Of a DNA stretch of 64,000 nt, positions 1 to 10,626 are shown piece after piece (position 1 is the stretch's first letter; each line of letters starts with the position of its first letter). Under the pieces are notes generated by a model that was given only the letters and a program-made list of their open reading frames with translations, was not told the DNA's origin and ran no database searches. This stretch comes from Takakia lepidozioides (lineage: Eukaryota > Plantae > Bryophyta), in NCBI GenBank assembly GCA_030704615.1, contig CM060731.1, positions 70,928,001 to 70,992,000 of the forward strand, given 5' to 3'. A program made the position numbers and the translations under genes.

Positions 1-590
1 CTAGCAGGTAAGTCGGATCGGTGCCATATGGATATTCGGCGCCGAATTTCCATCCTGCAGGTAATTCGAATCGTGGATGAATGGAAATTCGGCGCCGAAT
101 TTCCATCCAGCAGGTAAGTCGGATCGGTGCCATATGGATATTCGGCGCCGATTTTCCATCCTGCAGGTAATTCGAATCGTGGATGAATGGAAATTCGGCG
201 CCGAATTTCCATCCAGCAGGTAAGTCGGATCGGTGCCATATGGATATTCGGCGCCGAATTTCCATCCTGCAGGTAATTCGAATCATGGATGAATGGAAAT
301 TCGGCGCCGAATTTCCATCCAGCAGGTAAGTCGGATCGGTGCCATATGGATATTCGGCGCCGAATTTCCATCCTGCAGGTAATTCGAATCGTGGATGAAT
401 GGAAATTCGGCGCCGAATTTCCATCCAGCAGGTAAGTCGGATCGGTGCCATATGGATATTCGGCGCCGAATTTCCATCCTGCAGGTAATTCGAATCGTGG
501 ATGAATGGAAATTCGGCGCCGAATTTCCATCCAGCAGGTAAGTCGGATTAGTGCCGTATGGATATTCGGCGCCGGATTTCCACTCGCCAT
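1..590. repeat. Tandem array, 106-bp period (two 53-bp subunits), each subunit carrying the palindrome (G)GAAATTCGGCGCCGAATTTCC; runs off the window start
   Basis: Unit starts at 1, 107, 213, 319, 425 and 531; the core ATGGAAATTCGGCGCCGAATTTCCAT is a perfect 26-bp palindrome. Confidence 0.97.
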
Positions 591-965
591 TTATTTCTGA
601 GCGAGGAATTACCTTCGTGCAGGTAATTCCCATATAAGAATTACCTTCGTGCAGGTAATTCGCATACAAGAATTACCTTTGTGCAGGTAATTTCCAGATG
701 ACAATTACCTTCCTGCAGGTAATTCCAATCGATGTTTATTCCTCGTCCAGAATTACCTGCACAAAGGTAATTCTCATCTGGAAATTACCTGCATGAAGGT
801 AATTCTTGTATGTGAATTACCTGCACGAAGGTAATTCTTATATGGGAATTACCTGCACGGAGGTAATTCCTCGCTCAGAAATAAATGGCGAATCGAAATT
901 CGGCGCCGAATATCCATATGGCACCGATCCGACTTACCTGCAGGATGGAAATTCGGCGCCGAATT
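507..965. repeat. Large inverted repeat (dyad) centred at ~737, with arms of ~220 bp and a 24-bp spacer; inner part has 8 palindromic GAATTACCT-N6-AGGTAATTC sites
   Basis: Sites start at 606, 638, 670, 702 and at 750, 782, 814, 846; spacer 726-749. The mirror-image ORF translations 283..669(-) and 806..1060(+) confirm the inversion. Confidence 0.95.
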
Positions 966-2245
966 ACCTGCTTGAAGGAAATTTGGCGAACCGCCCTACC
1001 TGCGCGGATGGAAATTCGGCGCCGGATTTCCATCCGCGCGCATCCGAATTACCTGCTTGAAGGAAATTTGGCGCACCGCCATCCTACGCGGATGGAAATT
1101 CGGCGCCGGATTTCCATCCGGGCGCATCCGAATTACCTGCGCGGATGGAAATTCGGCGCCGGATTTCCATCCGCGCGCATCCGAATTACCTGCTTGAAGG
1201 AAATTTGGCGCACCGCCATCCTACGCGGATGGAAATTCGGCGCCGGATTTCCATCCGGGCGCATCCGAATTACCTGCGCGGATGGAAATTCGGCGCCGGA
1301 TTTCCATCCGCGCGCATCCGAATTACCTGCTTGAAGGAAATTTGGCGCACCGCCCTACCTGCGCGGATGGAAATTCGGCGCCGGATTTCCATCCGGGCGC
1401 ATCCGAATTACCTGCGCGGATGGAAATTCGGCGCCGGATTTCCATCCGCGCGCATCCGAATTACCTGCTTGAAGGAAATTTGGCGCACCGCCCTACCTGC
1501 GCGGATGGAAATTCGGCGCCGGATTTCCATCCGGGCGCATCCGAATTACCTGCGCGGATGGAAATTCGGCGCCGGATTTCCATCCGCGCGCATCCGAATT
1601 ACCTGCTTGAAGGAAATTTGGCGCACCGCCCTACCTGCGCGGATGGAAATTCGGCGCCGGATTTCCATCCGGGCGCATCCGAATTACCTGCGCGGATGGA
1701 AATTCGGCGCCGGATTTCCATCCGCGCGCATCCGAATTACCTGCTTGAAGGAAATTTGGCGCACCGCCATCCTACGCGGATGGAAATTCGGCGCCGGATT
1801 TCCATCCGCGCGCATCCGAATTACCTGCGCGGATGGAAATTCGGCGCCGGATTTCCATCCGCGCGCATCCGAATTACCTGCTTGAAGGAAATTTGGCGCT
1901 CCGCCCTACCTGCGCGGATGGAAATTCGGCGCCGGATTTCCATCCGGGCGCATCCGAATTACCTGCGCGGATGGAAATTCGGCGCCGGATTTCCATCCGC
2001 GCGCATCCGAATTACCTGCTTGAAGGAAATTTGGCGCACCGCCATCCTACGCGGATGGAAATTCGGCGCCGGATTTCCATCCGCGCGCATCCGAATTACC
2101 TGCGCGGATGGAAATTCGGCGCCGGATTTCCATCCGCGCGCATCCGAATTACCTGCTTGAAGGAAATTTGGCGAACCGCCCTACCTGCGCGGATGGAAAT
2201 TCGGCGCCGGATTTCCATCCGCGCGCTTCCGAATTACCTGCGTGA
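960..2245. repeat. Tandem array, ~138-bp higher-order period (85+53 bp), containing the ~38-bp near-palindrome GCGCGGATGGAAATTCGGCGCCGGATTTCCATCCGCGC and AATTACCT-N6-AGGAAATT
   Basis: About 9 higher-order units read directly; the spurious ORFs over the array repeat every 46 aa. Confidence 0.97.
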
Positions 2246-2468
2246 GGGAAATTCCGGGACTGTTTTCGTCTATTTTCTTCCGACATGGAGGGCTTCATCC
2301 GACATTTAATTGCGCAGTTGGGCAATAAATGTCGACGGCCGTCGCTTATTATTCGGGCTGGCGACGCATGGCTTCCTGGACACGTACCCTAAATCTCATG
2401 CTATACTTGGCTTAACATGGTATTCCAGGCATGTACCCCAAAAAAGGAGATCTTTTTGGCTGGGACTT

Positions 2469-5400
2469 ATGCCGCCTGAAGGGCGTGGCTCTCCTGAGAG
2501 AGACCTCAGATCCAGACCGCGGCGGAAGTTGAAAGCTCTGTACTACGGACGACGGCCAATCTCTCGCATGGCCAAACTGAAGCTCCAGCAGGAGATTCCA
2601 GTGTCTTGCTCACAACCTGCGCCAACTGAAGCCGAGTACTCTCAGGCAAGCCACTTCTGCTTTCGGTTTGTTCGATTTCTTTTTTGCTTTCGCTTCGTTA
2701 CCTCGCTTTGTTTCTGCATCTTCATCCTGGCTTTGCTTTATGAGTGAACTTTAGATAGTTGACTGAACCTTAGATTGTTTGCAATGCGTGTGCAAATCCG
2801 GCAGCTCTGGAGAAGGCTGCTTGTGCATGTCATTCTTAGGCAATGGTTGCATTTGTTTTCATTGTTGTTGCATGGCTCTCCATACTTCCTAAACTTGTTA
2901 TGTTTTCATTTTTGCTACATGATTGCTGCTATGGTGGTTGCGCTGCTGCTTTTTGCACCACTGTTGGTGTTCACGATTTTTGTCAATCACAGAGTGACGA
3001 CGAGCCCGGCACGCTGGTGGTATCATCGACAGCTCCAACTCATCGCATGTTTGAATCGCCCAACTTGGGGCGAGAGGGCAAACTTAAATCTTTTGTTGGT
3101 GGACGGGAGGACTTGCAACGAGATTACGATAGAGTAGGCATTGGGGAGGTTGGTGCAGGCGGCATGGCAGGTGAAGGGCGTGAGGACATGAGGACAGCAG
3201 ATCCGGCAATGGAGGTTGTTCATGCACATGCAGTAGGGCCCGCCCACGCAAAGAAAAAGAAGAAAGCTAAGCACATGCAATCCCCGGCGAGAGAGCAGTC
3301 ACGGGCTGCGGAGGGGGGAGTGAGCAGTGCGCGCGAGGGTGTCAGTTCGCCTCAATCAAAGGTGGTCGTCCTGGAGGGCTCCCCTGTTGCTAGCCCTAGT
3401 AAGAAACAGAAAGCCCGTGAGAGGGCAAAAGAGAGGGCAAAAGAACAGACGAGACAGAATGCTAGCAAGGAGGAAAGACAAAAGGCAGCTGAAGAGGCCC
3501 GGGTGCCCAAATGACAGATGCCAATGTAAGCGAGGGACACACAGAGACGGTGGATCCCTACAAGACACCACAGAGAGGCAGTAGCACACCGGTTAGACCA
3601 TCGCGGGCAAGTGCAGCCCCCGCAATTACCCATACGGTGGAGAGTGGAGGAGAGGAAAGAACACCTGAAAGAGCACCGATTGTGCAAGTTCGAGGTGAAG
3701 CCAGGGAGAGGGCAGTAGAGACGACGAGAGTGCTGGAGGTGGTTTCGCAGGTGGCTGACCCTGTTGAGGAGGACGACATGGATGTTTCTGACCAGGATGA
3801 CATTCTCCCGGACATCCCCAGGCCCCAAACCCGGAGCATACAGGCTGGATTTGGCGGTCTTGGTGGGCTGCCGGAAAACCCCTCTGCAGCAGACGTCATG
3901 TCTGAGGCGGATATGAAGTTGGCCGCTGCCAAGATGTTGGAGGCAACCCACAGCAACATTGGCAGGGTGCTGGGGGGCATGGTGTACCCGGCCAAGCTTC
4001 GAATTCCCCTTTGCCGCTTGGTGTCATTGCAGGTGGTGAGACCTGCCCTCCCAGGCGATATCGACAAGCTGAAATTCTCTTTCCGGGATGGATATCGAAT
4101 GGGGTCTGCCGCCTTTTACGTTTCCATTGAGAACGACCACGGAGCTTCCCGTGCCCACACTTCCGATGAGGTGGACAAATGGGGTCCCCATTGGCAAACG
4201 CGAAATGAGGAGTTCGAGAGATCGATTGCTAGTGATCCTCTTTTCCAGCACATGTCCGGTAAGATGTTCTACGTGTGGGACGGCAATCATCGCCTCCTGG
4301 CATGGATGGAGCACATTGCCCAAGCCCACCCCAACGATCTCGATTGGCATTTCGCCGTCGATTGTGTTGTGCTGAAGGTTGCGGGGCCCAAAGATCGCAG
4401 TCTTCTCAAAGCTGCAATGGCCGACATCAACTCGTAAGCTACAACCCCTCTCGCTTTTGGACTTTGAATTTGGAAGTCATTTCATTGCGAATCCTCATAT
4501 ATGATGAAAATTCCCATTTCAGTATTGTTTGATGGAAATGTGGCACTGCAGGGTGACTGAGAATGCCTTCATTGCCACCAACTTGTCCCATATGCTCTTC
4601 CGAGTGAAGGATGTCGGGAGGCAGGGGGTGGAAGAGTTTGCCAATTCCCTCAGTGCCGACCTCCTGCGCAAGTCGGAGGCAAAGGCAGACAGAACCTGGT
4701 ATAGGCTGAGCGTCGACGCCATGGTGGACTACATATTTCGGGTAAAGCTCCTGCAGTTTTGTTGAGCTAATTTGTCTCTCCTCCCCCAATAGAAGAAATT
4801 GTGTTGAGCAGGATCTCTAATCTTATGTGCTGCTTTTCGACAGACGAAAATACAGCAGGATTTGGCACATGCGCGGAGGTTCTACATGGAGTCAGAGGAG
4901 AAGAATCCAACCCTCCCGGAACTCGAATCGTATGTCAAAGCTGCGGAGGTGAGGGCCCGCATAAAGTACAAGTCGCGGATGGTAAAGTACGTGGCCATAG
5001 CTGATCCCGCCCTTGGTGCCGACTTTCTGGTGGAGGTGGGAAAGCACTACTCTCGCGCTCTGAAGCCCACGATGACATTGGAGAAGCTCCATCGTCTAGC
5101 CACATCCTGTGTGGATGCAACAGAAAAGGTGATACATTCTTAACCAAATTGTGGTGGCAACAACTCCTTTTTGTGGTGTTTGGCGCTTACGAATATGCTG
5201 GGTGGTTGGACAGACCCGGTGGCTCCAAATCTGGAATGGTTCCCAAAGTACCAGGGACATGTGGAGCTTCCCCAAACCGGACAAACTCTCTGACCCCACA
5301 TTCGACATGTGGATGAACCGCATGACATGGTGGTTTCAGGTACTTCCCCACGCTTCGTTTGGGGCTTGTACTCTAGTAGGGGGTTGATTCATTGTATTTT

Positions 5401-8400
5401 TTGAGGAAAGCGATCTGATGGACAATCTCCACAGGTGACGACGAATGCGCAAGAGCAGCTGGACACACAAGCACATCAGTTCAAGATGGAGATATCTCCT
5501 GCAGCAGAGAGCCTGCGTGACTATGTGACGAGGTACTTTCTGCTCTACAAAACCAACCTATTCTTTCGGGAGATAGCAGATGCTCGCCGGAGCCACGAGT
5601 TCACCGACCAGCCGAACGCGGACAAAGCAGCAATGCGCCTTCTGTACAGGTACATACGCGCTGCCTTTCTTTCAAGTCCTGGCATTTCAGGATGTTAGAG
5701 GCCTAAGTGGTGTTAGGGAAAATGGCGCCGAATTTCCAGTCAGGGCTCCGAAAATGGCAAAGTCCCTAGACTGGCTGGCCCGGAACTGGAAATTCGGCGC
5801 CATTTTCCAGTTCCAGGCCCTATTGCCGTTCAGGGACTTAGCCATTTTCGGGCTAAGTCCCTAGTGTGGCTGGCCCGGAACTGGAAATTCGGCGCCGTTT
5901 TCCAGTTCTAGGCCCTATTGCCGTCCAGGGACTTAGCCATTTTCGGGCTAAGTCCCTAGACTGGCTGGCCATGAAGTGGAAATTCGGCGCCATATTCCAG
6001 TTCCAGGCCCTATTGCCGTCCAGGGACTTAGCCATTTTCGGTCTAAGTCCCTAGGGTGGCTGGCCCGGAACTGGAAATTCGGCGCCGTATTCCAGTTCTA
6101 GGCCCTATTGCCGTCCAGGGACTTAGCCATTTTCCGGCTAAGTCCCTAGACTGGCTGGCCCTGAAGTGGAAATTCGGCGCCATATTCCAGTTCCAGGCCT
6201 ATTGCCGTCCAGGGACTTAGCCATTTTAGGTCTAAGTCCCTAGGGTGGCTGGCCCGGAACTGGAAATTCGGCGCCGTATTCCAGTTCTAGGCCCTATTGC
6301 CGTCCAGGGACTTAGCCATTTTCGGGCCAAGTCCCTAGACTGGCTGGCCCTGAAGTGGAAATTCGGCGCCATATTCCAGTTCCAGGCCCTATTGCCGTCC
6401 AGGGACTTAGCCATTTTCGGTCTAAGTCCCTAGGGTGGCTGGCCCGGAACTGGAAATTCGGCGCCGTATTCCAGTTCTAGGCCCTATTGCCGTCCAGGGA
6501 CTTAGCCATTTTTTGTGTAAGTCCCTAGGGTGGCTGGCCCGGAAGTGGAAATTCGGCGCCGTTTTCCAGTTCCAGGCCGTATTGCCGTCCAGGGACTTAG
6601 CCATTTTCGGGCTAAGTCCCTACACTGGGTGGCCCTGAAGTGGAAATTCGGCGCCATATTCCGTTGTAGGCCCTATTGCCGTTCAGGGAGTTAGCCATTT
6701 TCGGACCTCATTGGGTTTTTCATGAATGCAGGTACTGTAAGTTCTCGCTTTTGGAGAAAGGTCATCTGTCTTTCGAGCCACCATTCTTCCTGGCATGGAG
6801 GAACCCTGGGGCTGACTCCATGTACACTGACGATATTGTGAAGGAGTGGCATCTGGAACATTTGCGTGATTGCCCTTGGTATGTGGACCTTCCGCCCGGC
6901 TCGCTCGACCCATCCGAGTTTCAATTGAAGCTGGATGCTGAATTCCGACGAAACCGGGCTCCGCTGCCTCCGTTGGGTGCAAAAGAGGCAAAAGCGCTTG
7001 CGAACTCCAGGAAAGCGGCAGAGCTTGCTCAGGCAGGAATTCAAGAGAAATTGCATGAGAAGAGTAAAGGTCAAAGGAAAAGGACAAGGAAACAGGTGAC
7101 TGCAGTAACACCCAAAAAGAAGAAAACCATCGGGGCATCGGAGGAGGCGCAGGAGGGGACCCAAGAGAGTGACTCCGACGCCGATTTTGTTCAAGGTCCT
7201 GCGACTGCTGTTGCTCCTACCCAGTCACCGGTCGTCCGGGTTCCCAAGTCAGTTCGGAGTGGGACTGGCTCTGCCAAGAAGTTGGCATTTGAGGGCGAGC
7301 CTACACGGCGGTATTCGGCGGTGACGTTTACGCACAGGCCAAAGCTAGAACCTCCAACCATCATCCAATGCGTCAATGAGAGCTTCCTTGACGCTCTCGC
7401 TGCCAGGGCGAAGAAGGTGGCACACAACAAGTCTCTGGCGGAGCAGAAGGGAAAAGCCAAGAAGAGGGCTGCCGGTACAGAGCCTAAAGACACCCCTGGT
7501 TTTGAAGCCATGATGGAATTCTTCACGGCTGTGAGCACGAATTGCAAGAGCACTCGGGGGGGGTTGAGGTGGAGAGAGCTTGCGACATGATTCTCCTCGA
7601 CATTCCAGATGGGGAGCTGCTGGAGGGCCTGGATGGTGTGCCCACCTGGAACAGGTTTACTGAGGACTACTGGAAAGCCGGGTTTGGGCTGGCGGGGATG
7701 CTTCTGGATGACGGTGGATGTGTGGTTGTCCTTGCCACGAGAGGGAAGACCACAGAGAATGCGGTGGCAAGGTGGACACCGAAAAGTGTCACCCCGGTCC
7801 TCCTCAGAAAATGGTTCTGCATCAGTACGCAGGGGTTGCGAACAGAGGGCCAAAGTGTAAGTTATCAATCTATTGCATTCACTTCATATTGTGGTGTATG
7901 TTAAGTAGACCCTGGAATTGATCCCTTCTTTGTTGGATGTGCAGACATTGGTGTTTGAGGCATATTGCTTTGTGAAGAGAGGGTCTACGTTCAAATTCCG
8001 CAACGACGGTCGTCTTGTTGATGCCGCTGTGGACCCTGTAACCTACGATGTCCTCTACAACTATGTGCCCCACTCTAGTATGCCGAAGGACACAAAGACA
8101 GGCAAACCGTGGCGGTACAGCCGGACCCGAAGCCCTGCTTTCATCCAAACCCTCATGGAGACGTGCTCGGATGTCCAAGGGCGGATTCTGGACCTCACAT
8201 GCGGCACGGGTAAGCCTTCACGTGCTCAGTTTGTCCCCTGGCCCCATTGCAATTGCATGCCGCAAGCTATTAACCGCCCGCTTTGTTCCTCAGGTGCTTC
8301 AATGTGGGCAGGGACGTTGTCCGACAGGCATGTGTTCGCCTTCGAGCCAGATACTGCCCTCCACAACTCGGAACTTGCAGCGGCTGAACGTCTGCCGAAA

Positions 8401-9081
8401 GAGGAAGAGGCATCCTCGGAGGATGAGGAAAAATCCGAGAAGGAGCAGGGGGAGGAAGTTGGGATCGAGGCCGAGGAGCCCCCGGTTTACGAGTGAGTGG
8501 TGGCATTGTAAGTTGCCTCCAGATTTTGTGAGGCACCTCCCTCCGCTCTCTTATTTCATTGAAAACCCTTTCTGGTTGTGCTGGTATTGACATTCTTCAA
8601 GTGGATTTGTTCTTACTGTAGGATGCCAAGTACTGCCGGAGGGACGTCTACACCGGAGTTCATGGGCAGGAGGAACGTGCCTTTTTTTGCCAGGGGAGAT
8701 TTCATGCCTAGTCCAGAAAGGGAGTACATCCTGCCTACTTATGCTGCCCGGCTTGCTTCGGTGTCCATTAGGAGGTGTTCCGAACGTAGTCGTGTACAGC
8801 AGATTTTAGACGAGGCAAGCCTCAAGAAAATGAAGATGAGGGAGGAGGCAGCAGCTATTAGAGCCCGTCGGGCTCGTAGATTTGTGTTGGATTCTGCTGA
8901 GGAAAGTGGGGGAGAAGACGCAGAAGATTCCCAGGAGGTGAGGTGGACAGTCCCCCAAGGAGAGGACGGGATTTTTGAGAGGCATAGTGGAACTGATGCA
9001 TCACAGAGCTCGGAGGATGAGGGGGATGAGGGGGATGAGGAAGAAGGTGGGGCAAGTTCCTCGGAGGGTGTAGGAGAGTAG
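2469..9081 (+). CDS. Multi-exon gene, ~1,490 aa: disordered N-terminus + ParB/Srx-like N-terminal domain + helical region + beta-class N6A/N4C DNA methyltransferase-like domain + acidic tail
   Basis: Predicted exons: 2469-2645 (GC donor), 2993-4433, 4552-4741, 4844-5128, 5214-5339, 5435-5649, 6732-7856, 7945-8209, 8294-8492, 8622-9081. All splice phases are compatible. The model needs one extra base at each of two homopolymers (AAA ~3510, G8 7556-7563). Motifs: IPLCRL..VVRP..IDKLKFSF..G..FYVWDGNHRLLA (DGNHR 4279-4293); motif IV-like MILLDIPDG (DIPDG 7599-7613); RSPAFIQTLMETCS; motif I ILDLTCGT|GASMWAGTLSDRHVFAFEPD, which is only assembled by splicing intron 8210-8293. The 5' exon is the least certain. 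Confidence 0.85.
5720..6705. repeat. Intronic tandem array, 95-bp period (190-bp dimer), ~10 units, each with two hairpins: GGAACTGGAAATTCGGCGCC..TTCCAGTTCC and AGGGACTTAGCC-N7-GGCTAAGTCCCT
   Basis: Unit anchors at 5766, 5861, 5956, 6051, 6146, 6240, 6335, 6430, 6525 and 6620; lies inside predicted intron 5650-6731. Confidence 0.95.
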
Positions 9082-9564
9082 TGCCCATTCCGGCTATGAC
9101 AGTTAGAACACACTTGTATAGACGTGGCTTGCCACAAAATTTGCAATAAAATGTTGCATTTTAAGTCCACTGGTGCCACATTCCAACTTCACATGACCCT
9201 ATTTCCGTGCCTCCTAACCCTATTTCCGTGGACTCACAATGGTCTGCTCATGCTTTTTTTTTTTCCGCTCATGCTCATGCCGCTCATGCTCATGCCGCTC
9301 ATGAAATAGCAGCCCCCCTGAAGAAGACGACCACCAGTTCGCCCACTTGTGGCCAGCATCTCCTCCGCTTCACACTAGAAGCCCAAACTTGGTTGCCATA
9401 GCGTTGAGCTATGCAACGCCGCTCTTCAACATAGGCTACCCACCTCTCTATCCATGGCAAACCTGCAACCTGTTCGCCTTTGCACTCTTCCGCTTTGGAT
9501 AGGCTCATGCACGGCTCCCTGCACTCTAGGTTGAACTGCTTCTCACTCAAAGTTCACTCAAGAA

Positions 9565-10477
9565 GCTAACTTGCAGAATTCAACATGGAAGAAGAAAGAT
9601 TCTGATAAGAGGAAAAAACAAGGTGAAATGTATTGAAGAAGGTTCCCTCATTAGCAGTGTCCGATTTTATCAATTGTGGCGCCGCTGCTGGCACTGTGGC
9701 TTTCAGTTGACAATCTACCCATGCAGGTTTCTTGTAGCTATCCTTCCACAAGGAATCATAGGTAATGTGAAGCTTGAAATGCGGCCCTCTTGGATGAATC
9801 TGGACCCACACTCTATCCTTGCTCCTTCAGCTATCCATGCCTATGCACAAATCATGCATACATCCTTGCCTTGCTGCTAGCAGCTGACAATGACAGCCTA
9901 CATCTATTCTAGGAAACACCCTAACTCAACTTATCACTCTAGTTCATATGCTCAATTGCATCTGCTACTTTTTGTAATCCAACAGGCATTCACCTTTTTG
10001 CTCGATTGTCCCACCGTTGACTGGGTCAGAAAAGTATTCATTCCACAGCTTTTCCTCGTCTCTGTTACCTGTTTCTGGATACTTATCCTGTTGTCACATT
10101 GGCAGTATCATGTCAAAGTCACTCCAAACTATTTAAGGTTCACTCAACCAGCTAACTTGCAAAATTCAACATTTAGGGCCGATTCTGATAAGAGGGAAAA
10201 ACAGGGTGAAACGTGTTGAAGAAGGTGCCTTCATGAGCAGTGCCTGATTTTATCAATCGTGCCGATGCTGCTGCGGCTTCCAGTTGACCATCTACCCATG
10301 CAGGTTTCTTGTAGTTATCTTTCCACAGGGAGTCATAGGTGATCTGAAGCTTGAAATCCGGCCCTCTTGGATGAATCTGGACCCACACTCCATCCTTGCT
10401 CCTTCAGCTATCCATGCCTCTGCACAAATCATGCATACATCATTGTCTTGTTGCTAATAACTGACAATGACAGCCTA
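9565..10477. repeat. Direct duplication of ~330 bp (9565-9900 and 10151-10477)
   Basis: GCTAACTTGCA...CTGACAATGACAGCCTA occurs twice; the minus-strand ORF translations are near-identical. Confidence 0.85.
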
Positions 10478-10626
10478 GAATTCATGCAGCAAACATGATA
10501 CCATATCTCGTTCAACCATACCACCCAAACCCAGAATTAGGACAACACTTTGATTCCATCCACTGTCACCAAAGTCGGTCCAATATCACCCCTTCAGTCA
10601 AGTGCAATTATAGGCTGACTTCCCAC

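Noticed and set aside
606-869. CRISPR-like array of 24-bp palindromic repeats
   Set aside because: Spacers are only 8 bp and are mirrored across the dyad; there are no cas genes and the context is eukaryotic.
283-2309. Long ORFs over the 5' arrays (up to 292 aa)
   Set aside because: By-products of stop-poor GC-rich repeats; they are open in several frames and shift with unit-length variants.
5580-6675. Short repeated ORFs on both strands
   Set aside because: They lie in the intronic 95-bp array; the flanking exons join in phase without them.
2469-9081. Bacterial or phage contamination as the source of the ParB-MTase gene
   Set aside because: Multiple spliceosomal introns, one splitting the SAM-binding motif, and contiguity with plant PPR genes.
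9373-9382. CACTAGAAGC, matching the right TIR of the second CACTA element, near the end of the ParB-MTase gene
   Set aside because: Only 10 bp, with no subterminal repeats or TSD; probably chance.
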